IMG/VR virus record: IMGVR_UViG_3300043410_001256 | Location: 30,880 to 94,879 of that record | DNA: 64,000 nt | Direction: 5' to 3' (one strand) | DNA from: a virus | Shown: positions 1 through 9,778 of the stretch, in pieces | How the letters are laid out: every line of letters starts with the position of its first letter | Position numbering within the stretch: position 1 is the first letter of the stretch | Program-made: the position numbers and the translations under genes | The notes under the pieces: generated by a model | What the model saw: the letters and a program-made list of their open reading frames with translations, nothing else | Databases searched by the model: none | Told to the model about the DNA's origin: nothing

Positions 1-781
1 CCCAGTTAGCCGCACCACGACGTGTACGCTGAGCGATCAAGTTTGCACTACGGTTGATTAGAACTGCCAATGCGGCATGCTCGTCACCAACGAAAGTAGC
101 TGTACCAGAAACTGTGGACTGGTCATATGTGAATTCAGTTGCTGCCAATGAACGTAGGCTTGCCAAAATTTCTTGGTCAATTTCAACTGTGATTTCTTGT
201 GCCAAAGCTGCCATGATTTCAGCTTCAACATCTAAACCGTGCATAGCTTGAGCATCTTGAGCTGCCTCAAATGTCCAACGTGCGCTTAGTTTACGTGTCT
301 TAGCTTCGACAACTTGTTTCAAGATTTGAACGTTGATACGGTTACCAGGTGTACCTTCTAGGGTACTAGTAGCGTATGCCTTGCTTGTTGCTGGGTTACC
401 AGAATAAGCAGTTGCAATCTTGAATGGGCTTAGTGCTTCGTCACCAGCTAGTGCGCCATCTGTACCTGTAGTTGCGCTAACAGTGTCAGCATAACGTACA
501 CGTAGAGTATGGATTTGTGCAACTGGGCCAGTCATTGGCTGAACACCAACGATTTCGTTAGCAATAACGGTTGGCATTACACGACGAATCACTGGTAGAA
601 TAACGCGATTCAATGTTGCTACGTTGCTTGAGCTAGTAGCACCAGCAGTTGCGTTTTCTGCCAAGTACTTGCGAGTGTTCTCTAGGATCACACCCATGCT
701 GGTTCTCTTAGAACCTTGTAGGCCTTCTAACAGGGCTTCTTTTGTTTCGCCCCAACGGCTCTCTAATAGTGCGGTTGTCAT
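1..781 (-). CDS. gp23: Major capsid protein, T4 gp23-like (3' end runs off the window)
   Basis: Not in ORF track; translated manually from ATG at 781 (RBS GGAGAAGG): MTTALLESRWGETKE...VIRRVMPTVIANEIVGVQPMTGPVAQIHTLRVRY...VEAKTRKLSARWTFEAAQDAQAMHGLDVEAEIMAALAQEITVEIDQE...TRRGAANW, classic gp23 motifs. Confidence 0.97.
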   Translation of the reverse strand, partial: MTTALLESRWGETKEALLEGLQGSKRTSMGVILENTRKYLAENATAGATSSSNVATLNRVILPVIRRVMPTVIANEIVGVQPMTGPVAQIHTLRVRYADTVSATTGTDGALAGDEALSPFKIATAYSGNPATSKAYATSTLEGTPGNRINVQILKQVVEAKTRKLSARWTFEAAQDAQAMHGLDVEAEIMAALAQEITVEIDQEILASLRSLAATEFTYDQSTVSGTATFVGDEHAALAVLINRSANLIAQRTRRGAANW

Positions 782-806
782 TTTATTTCCTTCTCCTGTT
801 TAGGGT

Positions 807-1904
807 TTACTTTAGCCCTGCTAAACGCTTGATTTCAATCACGTTAGTGGCATCATCAGAGGCGCTGACCTTAGCAGTCTTATCACCAGTTTGTACTGAA
901 CGTCCTTCGCTTAACACAGCCTTTGGAGCTGCCTTAATTGGAGTGTTATTCAACACAGCTGGAAGATACTTATCAAATGCAGTTTGTAATTTGTCTGTCT
1001 GCACTGATTCAAGAAGTTCGCTCATTACTGCGGCCTTCTCTTTGTTCAAAGGTTTCAACAACACAGAAAGAGTTTCTTTACGTGTTGCAGATTCTTTGAT
1101 AATCTTAATTTCTTTTTCTTTCGTTTCTACCAGAGCGGCCTTTTCATCGGCGGCACGAGTAGCCTCGGCTAATTGCTGAGCTTGAGCATCCATCTCTGCA
1201 CGTAGCTTGGCAATTTCACGGTTCTCATTGAGGTGAGTAACTGCAAATTCACTAGCAAATGCCTCAAACAAACGACGACCAAACATGTTCTCACGAGCAC
1301 TTTGGATATCTTCTTTGAGTTGTACGATTTCTGTTTCAAGGTTTTGAGCAATAGACTCTTTAACCAACTTGGCGCTACGTTCTACAAACTGACTCTTTAG
1401 TTGAGTCAAATGTTGTTTAGCTTCTGCAACTAAACGAACGCGAGCTTCTACCACAGCTTTCTTATCTGTTTCAAATTCTTGAATCTCTTCAGCTAACGCT
1501 GTGATAACAAACTTCTCAAGACGACTTACGTTTTCTTGATATTGCTTGCGATCAGCACGTAGTTCCTTCAATTCCTCAGCTAGTTTGCTGATCATGAATT
1601 GATCAAACTTGCTTGCGTTTTCAGACATGCGAGTTTGGAACTTCACACGGTCTTCTGCGAGAGCACGTTTTTCTTCTTGGAACTCACGAATTTCTTCAGA
1701 TAGAGCGTCGGTAACCATGTGGTCTAGGGCTTCAACCATTACACTCTTGTCATGCTCATAGCGTTGTGCAAATTCTTCGCGCAACTCTGCACGTGCAGTT
1801 TCACGTGCCTCATGAAGCTTGGCTTCCCAAGCTTCAGAGATGGCCTGACGAGTGTCTTCGTTGATAATGCCGGCATCCAACAGTGGTTTGATAGCATCAA
1901 ACAT
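807..1904 (-). CDS. gp22: Prohead core/scaffold protein, gp22-like
   Basis: 365 aa Glu/Lys-rich coiled coil between protease and capsid genes; many (L/I)xE sites; GGAG RBS. Confidence 0.85.
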   Translation of the reverse strand: MFDAIKPLLDAGIINEDTRQAISEAWEAKLHEARETARAELREEFAQRYEHDKSVMVEALDHMVTDALSEEIREFQEEKRALAEDRVKFQTRMSENASKFDQFMISKLAEELKELRADRKQYQENVSRLEKFVITALAEEIQEFETDKKAVVEARVRLVAEAKQHLTQLKSQFVERSAKLVKESIAQNLETEIVQLKEDIQSARENMFGRRLFEAFASEFAVTHLNENREIAKLRAEMDAQAQQLAEATRAADEKAALVETKEKEIKIIKESATRKETLSVLLKPLNKEKAAVMSELLESVQTDKLQTAFDKYLPAVLNNTPIKAAPKAVLSEGRSVQTGDKTAKVSASDDATNVIEIKRLAGLK

Positions 1905-1914
1905 TACCTATCTC

Positions 1915-2553
1915 CTATAATTTCAAATCATTGATTAGGCGCACAACAGCCTCTTTCAGATACTTCTGAACTTTTTGATCATGTACTGCGTCACCTGCTG
2001 TGTCCAAAACACGATGTCCATGACGCATGTTCATTAGACCTTCGTAAATTGCTTTTGGATAAGCGTGTGGTGCGCTAGGTTGTGCTACTATGTCCACAGT
2101 GATTATTTCAAAGTCACTGACTTGACCTGAACTCTCGTTAACGTTGCCGCTGCCACGTGAGCTCACTCCTAACTTGACTCCGCTAGTAAGCATGGCTTTC
2201 ACCAGCTCACCCATCGGGGTCGGTAGAATCTTTAGTTTACCTATACCAGCATGTCCGTCCATGTACATTTCTGTAATCATGTGGCTCACACGGTCTAGAT
2301 TAATTTTTAGGTCATCTGGATGGTCTACTTCACCTAGAACGCTGTTACCTTTTCTTAACTGTTCGTTAATTTGGGTAACAGCTTTCTCGATTTCGTGAAT
2401 TGGGTATATGCGCTTGTTTTCGTTCTTGATACCGCCTTCAATGCATATACCTTTCAGATAGAGGTTCTTACCTTTGCCGTCGGGAGCGTCTTCGTTGAGC
2501 AACTCCAACCTAGCGGCATCAAATGTAAGATTCTCTTTTAGGTACATAGCCAT
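1915..2553 (-). CDS. gp21: Prohead protease, gp21-like
   Basis: NENKRIYP, LGEVDHP, INLDRVSH, LGVSSRGSG, DIVAQPSAPHAY motifs (catalytic His/Ser/Asp). Confidence 0.96.
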   Translation of the reverse strand: MAMYLKENLTFDAARLELLNEDAPDGKGKNLYLKGICIEGGIKNENKRIYPIHEIEKAVTQINEQLRKGNSVLGEVDHPDDLKINLDRVSHMITEMYMDGHAGIGKLKILPTPMGELVKAMLTSGVKLGVSSRGSGNVNESSGQVSDFEIITVDIVAQPSAPHAYPKAIYEGLMNMRHGHRVLDTAGDAVHDQKVQKYLKEAVVRLINDLKL

Positions 2554-2566
2554 ATTAACTACCTAA

Positions 2567-3562
2567 TTATTTTGCTTTGAAACCAGATTTGCCACCTGGT
2601 TCAATGCTGTGTTTGTTAACACTCACGCTACCATCAGTTGTGCTGCCTTCTGCAGACTTAGCACTTGCTTTAGTATTGTAATAGTTTTGAGCGCCTTTGT
2701 TGCCACCTGGCTTGTTTACATTGCGTTTAGCAACATCAATTTCCTGTGGAGCTTTCAAAAAGCCGCCTGCTTTACCTTTTGGGGACTGACCGTTAGGATC
2801 TGGAACGTTGTCTTGACGGTTCATGTTTTCATTTGTACCGCCCATGTCGTTAGGCATGTCGTCAACGATGCTGGTCTTGTTTACGCTTACGCTACCGCCT
2901 TTAGCACCAACTTCTTTGCCTTCAGCGTCGCCTTTTTTGTCAGCGCCATGACCACCAGATACTTTTTCTACGTATTCACGAATACGCTCTGCTTCAGTTC
3001 TAGCACGACGTGATTCAGCAACTGAATCTTCTTCGTCATCTGCTTCTTCTTCGTCATCTGCTTCTTCGTCGCCTTCTTCATCACCCTCTTCGTCGCTGCC
3101 GCCAAATGGGTTATCGTCGCCTTCTTCATCACCCATGTCATCGCCGCCGAAGTCGTCACCGCCTTCTTCGTCGCCCATCAAGCGATCAAATTCTGCTTTT
3201 AATTCGTCAATTGCAGACTCTAGGTCCATAATGTCAGACTTGGTAGCTGGAGCTTCGCTGTCGCCAGCACCGCCTAAACCACCCATGTCATCGCCGCCTG
3301 GCATGTCATCGCCGCCTGGCTCGCCGGACATGTCATCACCTGGCATGCCCAATTCATCGTCTTCTTCAGTCATGCCATTTTCGTCCATGGCAACTTCTTG
3401 AGCAAGGTTACCCACGCGATCATGGCTAACTGCTGGTTCTTCGTCCATTAATGATTCATAGATTTCACGGCTGCGCTCTACCACGATTGAGTGGAAAAGA
3501 GCACGAGCTTTGTCTTCGTCATCATTAATGATATGTTCTATAAGCTGTTCGTATTTGTTCAT
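2567..3562 (-). CDS. Acidic low-complexity prohead core/internal head protein
   Basis: 331 aa, D/E/G-rich centre with GGDDM repeats, basic Gly-rich C-terminus; sits between portal and protease like T4 gp67/68; GAGGAG RBS. Confidence 0.65.
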   Translation of the reverse strand: MNKYEQLIEHIINDDEDKARALFHSIVVERSREIYESLMDEEPAVSHDRVGNLAQEVAMDENGMTEEDDELGMPGDDMSGEPGGDDMPGGDDMGGLGGAGDSEAPATKSDIMDLESAIDELKAEFDRLMGDEEGGDDFGGDDMGDEEGDDNPFGGSDEEGDEEGDEEADDEEEADDEEDSVAESRRARTEAERIREYVEKVSGGHGADKKGDAEGKEVGAKGGSVSVNKTSIVDDMPNDMGGTNENMNRQDNVPDPNGQSPKGKAGGFLKAPQEIDVAKRNVNKPGGNKGAQNYYNTKASAKSAEGSTTDGSVSVNKHSIEPGGKSGFKAK

Positions 3563-3595
3563 GAGAACTCCTCTAGTAATATGGCTATGTTATTT

Positions 3596-3603
3596 TATTT
3601 AAG
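3596..3603 (-). promoter_or_regulatory. Late promoter (CTTAAATA) for core/protease/scaffold/capsid genes
   Basis: TAAATA core like T4 late TATAAATA, intergenic, 33 nt upstream of ATG 3562. Confidence 0.7.
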
Positions 3604-3629
3604 ATAACGGCTAAGATTTCGCCAGTTAT
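3604..3629 (-). terminator. Bulged hairpin directly upstream of late promoter (terminator or regulatory stem)
   Basis: - strand ATAAC(T)GGC...GCCGTTAT stem; no clear U-tract. Confidence 0.3.
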
Positions 3630-3657
3630 GTGGATGTTTTTGAGCGATTTGCAAAAT

Positions 3658-3903
3658 TTATAGGCTTGCAGGTGCTCCAACACCGGCTGCACCCTCTTCC
3701 GGAGCTGTTTTATATTGCTTGCTTACCCTCTTGAGCTGTTGCTCATGTTCTACTTTTTTAACGTCATTCATCATACGCAAACGGTTAATCTGCGCTAATG
3801 TGAGTCTAGTTTTGCGTCGATCATCCAGCTTGATGGTGGTATGATCTTCTTGGGGTTCGTAACGTCCGGGCAATACTGGATTAAAAAATTCGTATAAATT
3901 CAT
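3658..3903 (-). CDS. Small head-module protein (hypothetical)
   Basis: 81 aa ORF co-oriented in the head cluster; TAAATA 6 nt upstream of ATG. Confidence 0.75.
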   Translation of the reverse strand: MNLYEFFNPVLPGRYEPQEDHTTIKLDDRRKTRLTLAQINRLRMMNDVKKVEHEQQLKRVSKQYKTAPEEGAAGVGAPASL

Positions 3904-3909
3904 AACTTG

Positions 3910-3917
3910 TATTTACC
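3910..3917 (-). promoter_or_regulatory. Late promoter (GGTAAATA), probably giving a leaderless mRNA
   Basis: GGTAAATA-CAAGTT-ATG; no SD. Confidence 0.6.
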
Positions 3918-3926
3918 CAAAACGGT

Positions 3927-5672
3927 TTATATTGCCGGCGGTATGCCGCTTGCAGGCGTGGATGCTGTGCCTCCTGGGACTGGACTGCCCATGCCTGGAC
4001 CAGCTGGCATTTCACCTGGCATGCCCATTCCTGGCTCTCCTTCAGCAGGGACGTCTGCGGCTTCTAGGTCGCTTTGGATGCCACCTGGGGTTACGCCCAC
4101 TGAACGTAGCTCGGCAGCATCAGCAGGTGCAGTTTCAACATCACCTTGTTCTTCTGCCCACATGCTTTCGTTTTCTGTCATTTCTTGTTCAGTTAAGCCC
4201 AAGAAACGTTGCATTAGGAAACGTTTGGAGAAGTAAGGAAACTGCTCCAACTGTGTAAATGTGTTGATACGTGCCATATCAACGTCAGCTTGACGGTACT
4301 GTGCAAAGTTCTGTGGGGGATTAAACTTAAGATCAAACAGTTGTCCGTCGATACTAATACCGCGCCACTTCATGTACAGCTTGAACTCTTTGTCTAGATA
4401 TTCAGCAACAATCTTTTGTAAACGCAAACAGTATTGGTTAAAGCGCCATTCCTGAATCAGTGCTGTGCCTACTTTACCATCAGTAAAACTGCCCTGTGCG
4501 CCGTCGTCTAGTCCTGTAGGCAAATAGCTACTTGGAATGCGTAAACCACGGAATAATTTGTTGGTAAAGAAGTGTAAATCAGTGATTTCACCTAGGTTCT
4601 GACCGCCTGCTAGTGTCTCTACGCTAGACCCACGGCCGTCTGCTGTAACAGGGAAGAAATAGTCTTCATTTTGGCTCAATGGGTTGTAAGTAGCATCCAT
4701 CATGTTTGTTCCGCCACCTGTTTGTGTGGGGATTCTACGCTGATGCACTTCGTTTTTAATACGCTCAACAAAGGCCATAGCCATGTGACTTGGCATGTTT
4801 CCTACGTCAATTTTGAAGATTCTACGCTCTGGAGCACGTTGTACACGGTAGATAATAATAGCATCTTCCAGCAGTTCTTTCTGCTTAAACACCTTGAAAA
4901 TGTTCTCTAAAACAGAGTTGCCGAACGGCCAATATACGTCCAGGCCCTCTGTTAAACTCATGTGTAAAACGTGTTCTGCGTTGATTGCTACTTCGTTTTT
5001 AGCCTGGCTAAAACGGCTACCACCTGCTGTATAATTGCTGGGTTGTACATAGCTACCAGTGGGTCCACCCACTTGCGGATGGTTAATATATGTGTCTGTT
5101 GCGGCTACTGCGGTTACACTTAGGTTTTGCAGGTTAGGATTAATGTCTTTGATAATGTACTGCTCAGGCTGTTTGCCCTCTGCTTCGTTTACAATAATCT
5201 TAACCACTTTTGACATTTCAACCCAGAACAGTTTGAATGTTTCTGGATCACGCACAAACACTTGATCTCCGTATTTGATAACGCTACGGAAAATACGAAA
5301 GATACGTTTGTTCAGTTCATTGAGACTTACCCACTGATGCAGTTGTTCTTTGATAATTTTAATTTCGTTTTCAGTTGGTTGCTCTTTGAAATCTAGTGTA
5401 AAAGCATTACCATACTCTTCGTTGTCTTGTGTGCTGAATTCTGCTAGAATGTCTAGGGCCGCATTGACTTCGCTGTCCATGTCCATTTGTTCATACTGGT
5501 TGTATCGCTCAACACGATTTGGATGTCCAATATAAATTTCTGGCAGACTGCTTTGCCAGTTGCGATAACCAGGGTTAGTAGGGGTAGAGCTTCCATTGAA
5601 TGTGAATGGACTAACAGCACCTCCCATATTCTGGGGTATGTTAGAGCTCTTAAAATATTTTTTCCAAGACAT
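3927..5672 (-). CDS. gp20: Portal vertex protein, gp20-like
   Basis: LLEDAIIIYRVQRAPERRIFKIDVGNMP, EDYFFP..GRGSSVETLAGGQNLGEITD, LFRGLRIPSSYL motifs. Confidence 0.97.
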   Translation of the reverse strand: MSWKKYFKSSNIPQNMGGAVSPFTFNGSSTPTNPGYRNWQSSLPEIYIGHPNRVERYNQYEQMDMDSEVNAALDILAEFSTQDNEEYGNAFTLDFKEQPTENEIKIIKEQLHQWVSLNELNKRIFRIFRSVIKYGDQVFVRDPETFKLFWVEMSKVVKIIVNEAEGKQPEQYIIKDINPNLQNLSVTAVAATDTYINHPQVGGPTGSYVQPSNYTAGGSRFSQAKNEVAINAEHVLHMSLTEGLDVYWPFGNSVLENIFKVFKQKELLEDAIIIYRVQRAPERRIFKIDVGNMPSHMAMAFVERIKNEVHQRRIPTQTGGGTNMMDATYNPLSQNEDYFFPVTADGRGSSVETLAGGQNLGEITDLHFFTNKLFRGLRIPSSYLPTGLDDGAQGSFTDGKVGTALIQEWRFNQYCLRLQKIVAEYLDKEFKLYMKWRGISIDGQLFDLKFNPPQNFAQYRQADVDMARINTFTQLEQFPYFSKRFLMQRFLGLTEQEMTENESMWAEEQGDVETAPADAAELRSVGVTPGGIQSDLEAADVPAEGEPGMGMPGEMPAGPGMGSPVPGGTASTPASGIPPAI

Positions 5673-5694
5673 GTATAATTGGTTCCGTGTCGTA

Positions 5695-5702
5695 TATTTA
5701 AG
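5695..5702 (-). promoter_or_regulatory. Late promoter (CTTAAATA-TACG) for portal
   Basis: TAAATA in 33-bp intergenic gap. Confidence 0.65.
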
Positions 5703-5705
5703 TGA

Positions 5706-8700
5706 TTAGAAGTTGTTGCCAATCTTCTTGAGGTAGCGTACACTATCGCTATTAGCAGAAACCACTGCCCCCATTTTTGTTGCTAGACTACGCATAACTT
5801 CAACACCCTCGGCTGTTTCTTTGGTTAGCTTACCTAATGCAAAAATAATAGGATCACCTTTACCATATTCAATCAAATCGTTTTCAGTGAACGCTTTGCC
5901 TTTTTTAGCCTTAGGATCATAAAAATCGCCCGGTCTAACAGATGTAGTGCCAAGTGGACCTGCTCCGCCCTGGGCACTTTTTAATGCATCAACAAATGCA
6001 CTAGTTAAGATTCCTTTTGCATTTGCTGTAAACGTAATAGCATTACCAGCCGACGATAGGCTTACAGCAAGAGCGCCATCAAATGCTTTAAGTCCTTCTG
6101 GCAGTTTGCCTGTAACTGTTACAGTTGCACCAGCTGGTGCTGATGGTGCAGAACGTGGCTTACCATTGGTAGTAGTAGGTTTATCGTCACCAAACCAACT
6201 CATTGGATTTAAGTTGCTAAATTTCTGTTTAACTGTTTTCCAACTATCTTCTACCCAGTCGCTTATGGTTGTAAATGTACTACCTAGAGTTTTACCAATT
6301 GAATCCCAAACTCCTTTGAACGTCCAACTCTGCCACCACTTGGAAAAACTTTGTCCAATTTTATTAACCCATTTAGAAGCATCAGTCATATAATACAGCA
6401 CACCTGCACCAATACTACCTAGTAATCCGCCAATGATAGCGCCGGGTCCTGCACCAACACCTCCAAACCATACACCAATTGCGGCACCAACTGCGGCACC
6501 TATCTTTCCGCCAGCCCAGGCAGCGGCAACACCACCTGCAGTCTCTGCTGTTTTACCAGTGTACTCTTCATTTGCTTGTTCTGCTGTTATTTCGCCGCGG
6601 TTTTTCTTTTCACGAATTTGATTCATTTCGTAACCGTACATAAGAGTCTGAACGCCTATGTTGGCACGATTAACATTTTTTAACAGAGGTGCGGCTTTTT
6701 CTAAGGCTGTTGCAATCTTGGCTTGTCTTATTTCCGCGGCAGCGGCTTTGGAGCGCAATTCCATTTCTGCGACGTCTTTTGCACTACCAGTTAGTTCTTT
6801 GCCTTTGAATGGATTCTTTTCTTTGAACCATTCTTTGAATCGTTCTGTGCGAGTCTTGCCTTCTTCTACTTTAGCACCACCCTCTGTTGCAGTTGTTGTT
6901 GTTCCTCCACCAAAACGTCCAGATGTTGCCCAGCGTATGAGTTTCAATGCATCAACTGCTAGTAGTGCGGCAATGGCAATTGGTAACCACTTGTTGATTT
7001 CTCCCATGCCAGGTATATCGCCGCCGCCAAACTTGCGTTGGAATCCGCCGAGACCTTCTTCTATTAATCTGTTTGCTTCTTCTAATGAAGCTTTGATCTT
7101 AGTTCCAATCTCAGGAAGTCTATCAATAATGTGTTGTTGGAACTTGGCTGTTAGATCTCTGCCTGCCGCTTCAATGTCAGTCAACATCTGTGTCATGTTC
7201 TTGGGCTTGCCAGTCTTACCTGCTTCTTCAGCATCTTCCATGGTCTGACGTTGATTTTCTTTTATGTTTTTAACCGCGTCTGCTGTAAACCTAGAGCCTT
7301 CAACCATCATGCTGGACAGAGAATTAATAGCAGGTGCCAGTTTACTATTACTTGCCGCAATAGTACCAAAGGTCTGATCCTTCATGATTGTTTGGTACAC
7401 ACTTGACAGTCGTGTACGAATCTTGATTGCTTCGTCTGGTGTCATGGTACCGTTACGCATTGACTTGGCTGCGTCTCGGAAAATTACCTGTAGCTCTGGG
7501 AATCTGGCAGCTAACAATTTCATGCTGTCACCAGTGGCTACACCAAACTTAGCAGTCTGAACAATTGATCGACGTATCTCGTCATCAAAGGTGTCCATGG
7601 CTTTTGTAACTGTGGCTCTCACACTATCTGGAAGATTAGCCATCTCTTGTTGGTATGCAAAGTCTGCCTGGTTGGCTTTGGCTTTTTCTTTAAGGTCTCT
7701 AATGCTCTTACCAGTCAGTTGATTAATAATACTCAACGACTGTGCATACTCCACAGAGCGTTGTAAAATTTCTGAATCTTTCAAGGACCGACCAAACTGT
7801 CCTTGTTTCATGTATGCCATTTCAGATGCGGCAATGCCCATAAAGTCTTCAACTGACACCCCCATGGCCTGCAACTGTCTGTCTAGTTTTTGTCCTCTGA
7901 GCTGTGCTGCCACGCGACCCATCTGCAAACTGGCTTGACCAATGCCCATACCAGTTCTAACCAATGCGTCTGCGTTTTCTTGCACACCTTGCTTGAACTG
8001 ATCAAAGGTCATCATCATGACGCCATTGAATTGCAATGCCTTGGCTATGTCATCGGCACCACCTGCAACAACAACACCTGCCTTGGTTAAATCTTTGTAG
8101 GCTCTTAACAGTTGATCACCACCAGTCATCAGCACCTGGTTGTAGAGTCTTGCGGCAGCAGTTTTAAGTTCTGATTGTACTTTGTTTGACTCGGCATTCA
8201 ATACCATGCCCAAGCCAAGCAGTTTACTTGCAAATCCTGGAATAGCCGCAACTGCTGTGCCAGCCATTTGTGTGGCAGTGGCCAATTGCTGTGCATGAAC
8301 ATTAGCAATGTTCAGTTCCATTTCCATCTGAGCATTGGCTATGGCAAATCCAGAACCACCGCTCTGGATAGTGCTCATTACCTGTCCAACGCCCTGTATG
8401 GTTGCCATTTGCACAGCACCATAGTAGCCTATTAGAAACTTGCCCCACTTTTCAACACCGCCGGTGAACTTCTGGAATACTTCGCCGCGATCCTGCATAG
8501 ACGAAATTTCTTTGCGTCTAGCTTCAACTTCTTTTAACTGTAACGGTGTTAGTAGTGCGGTGCCAGCACGATGTTTGCGTAGTGCTTCTTCTAGATCATA
8601 GAGTTCATTGTTAGCTTGACGCAGTGCTTCTTTGTGTTCGTATTGTGCTCTGTTGGTTAAACGCAAACTTGCACTTAGACGTTTGTAGCTGTCTGTGGCA

Positions 8701-8852
8701 TCTTTACTGCTTTTCAAAAGATTATCTATACGTTCTTTGTATGTTGCTCCATCAGAATCACCGCTGGAGCTTGATCGGCCCGCAGACGGGTTGCGGTCTC
8801 CCATAACCTCTTGCATTGCCCGTTTGAATGCTTCAATTTGCTCGCGATCCAT
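5706..8852 (-). CDS. Tape measure protein-like
   Basis: 1048 aa, Ala/Gln/Met-rich helical; hydrophobic WLPIAIAALLAV segment and glycine zipper (GGKIGAAVGAAIGVWFGGVGAGPGAIIGGLLG) followed by Trp-spaced repeats; next to a chaperone pair. Confidence 0.8.
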   Translation of the reverse strand: MDREQIEAFKRAMQEVMGDRNPSAGRSSSSGDSDGATYKERIDNLLKSSKDATDSYKRLSASLRLTNRAQYEHKEALRQANNELYDLEEALRKHRAGTALLTPLQLKEVEARRKEISSMQDRGEVFQKFTGGVEKWGKFLIGYYGAVQMATIQGVGQVMSTIQSGGSGFAIANAQMEMELNIANVHAQQLATATQMAGTAVAAIPGFASKLLGLGMVLNAESNKVQSELKTAAARLYNQVLMTGGDQLLRAYKDLTKAGVVVAGGADDIAKALQFNGVMMMTFDQFKQGVQENADALVRTGMGIGQASLQMGRVAAQLRGQKLDRQLQAMGVSVEDFMGIAASEMAYMKQGQFGRSLKDSEILQRSVEYAQSLSIINQLTGKSIRDLKEKAKANQADFAYQQEMANLPDSVRATVTKAMDTFDDEIRRSIVQTAKFGVATGDSMKLLAARFPELQVIFRDAAKSMRNGTMTPDEAIKIRTRLSSVYQTIMKDQTFGTIAASNSKLAPAINSLSSMMVEGSRFTADAVKNIKENQRQTMEDAEEAGKTGKPKNMTQMLTDIEAAGRDLTAKFQQHIIDRLPEIGTKIKASLEEANRLIEEGLGGFQRKFGGGDIPGMGEINKWLPIAIAALLAVDALKLIRWATSGRFGGGTTTTATEGGAKVEEGKTRTERFKEWFKEKNPFKGKELTGSAKDVAEMELRSKAAAAEIRQAKIATALEKAAPLLKNVNRANIGVQTLMYGYEMNQIREKKNRGEITAEQANEEYTGKTAETAGGVAAAWAGGKIGAAVGAAIGVWFGGVGAGPGAIIGGLLGSIGAGVLYYMTDASKWVNKIGQSFSKWWQSWTFKGVWDSIGKTLGSTFTTISDWVEDSWKTVKQKFSNLNPMSWFGDDKPTTTNGKPRSAPSAPAGATVTVTGKLPEGLKAFDGALAVSLSSAGNAITFTANAKGILTSAFVDALKSAQGGAGPLGTTSVRPGDFYDPKAKKGKAFTENDLIEYGKGDPIIFALGKLTKETAEGVEVMRSLATKMGAVVSANSDSVRYLKKIGNNF

Positions 8853-8861
8853 TTTGCTACC

Positions 8862-8891
8862 TATAAATAAACGTATATTTCAATATTTATG
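8862..8891. promoter_or_regulatory. Pair of late promoters: TATAAATA (+, 8862-8869) and CATAAATA (-, 8884-8891)
   Basis: Exact T4 late consensus on +; near match on -; 50-bp gap between divergent genes. Confidence 0.75.
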
Positions 8892-8902
8892 AGGATCAAA
8901 AT

Positions 8903-9778
8903 ATGAGCACAGAACAGACAGCAGTGCCACCAGCAAATAACCCACTGAGCAAGTTTTTCCGCACCCCGGCAATTTATATTGGTTTGCCCAGTGGAGGACG
9001 CTGGTGGAAAGACGGAGCACTGGAATTACCCGAAAACGGGGAATTACCTGTGTATCCTATGACCAATCGTGATGAAATCATGATCAGAACTCCAGATGCG
9101 CTGATCAACGGACAAGGCGTAACCGATGTAATACAAAGCTGTATGCCCAACATCAAAGACGCTTGGAAAATGCCCAGTGTAGACGTAGACACTTGTCTGA
9201 TAGCCATGCGTATTGCCAGCTACGGGCACAAAATGGATTTTACAAACAAATGTCCGCATTGCAAAGCAGAACACGACTATGCAGTGGATCTACGTGTGAT
9301 GTTGGATTCTATCAAATGCCCCGACTACGATAAAGATCTAGACATCGGCGTTATTAAAATCAAGTTCCGCCCACAGATGTACTGGGAAACCAACTTCACA
9401 AACAAAACCAGTTTTGAAGTGCGTAAACTGCAAATGGCTCTGGAAGCATTGCCCGGTGACGAGGAAGATGAAGAAAAGACCAAAGCACTAACAGATCAGC
9501 TGATGCGTGTTAACGAAATCAATCACTCTGTTATGGCCAGCAGTATTGAATACATTGAAATTGTTGAAAGTGGTGAAAGAGTTGGAGATCAAAACTTTAT
9601 TAAAGATTTCTTAAACGAAGTTGATCGTAAAATATTTGATCAGATACAAAATGAAATCACCAAGCTACAAGAACAAGGTGCAGTTAAGCCAGTTAAAGTA
9701 AACTGTAACTCTTGCAATGAACCGCTGGACATTGCTATCCTATTTGATTATTCAAATTTTTTCGTAGTCGGCTCTTGA
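8903..9778 (+). CDS. Baseplate hub / tail assembly chaperone, T4 gp26/gp51-like
   Basis: LPSGGRWW..., PMTNRDEI, DVDTCLIAMRIASYG, two CxxC motifs (CPHC, CNSC), ends ...DYSNFF; GAGGA RBS. Confidence 0.8.
   Translation: MSTEQTAVPPANNPLSKFFRTPAIYIGLPSGGRWWKDGALELPENGELPVYPMTNRDEIMIRTPDALINGQGVTDVIQSCMPNIKDAWKMPSVDVDTCLIAMRIASYGHKMDFTNKCPHCKAEHDYAVDLRVMLDSIKCPDYDKDLDIGVIKIKFRPQMYWETNFTNKTSFEVRKLQMALEALPGDEEDEEKTKALTDQLMRVNEINHSVMASSIEYIEIVESGERVGDQNFIKDFLNEVDRKIFDQIQNEITKLQEQGAVKPVKVNCNSCNEPLDIAILFDYSNFFVVGS

Noticed and set aside
3030-3345. Repeated CATGTCATCGCCGCC and TCTTCGTC units as a CRISPR or iteron array
   Set aside because: Irregular spacing; fully explained by GGDDM and DEE coding repeats
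54-9274. Numerous short ORFs antisense to or nested in head, TMP and chaperone genes (e.g. 742..1179, 2609..3013, 6658..7248)
   Set aside because: Shadows of well-supported genes; no SD or recognisable motifs
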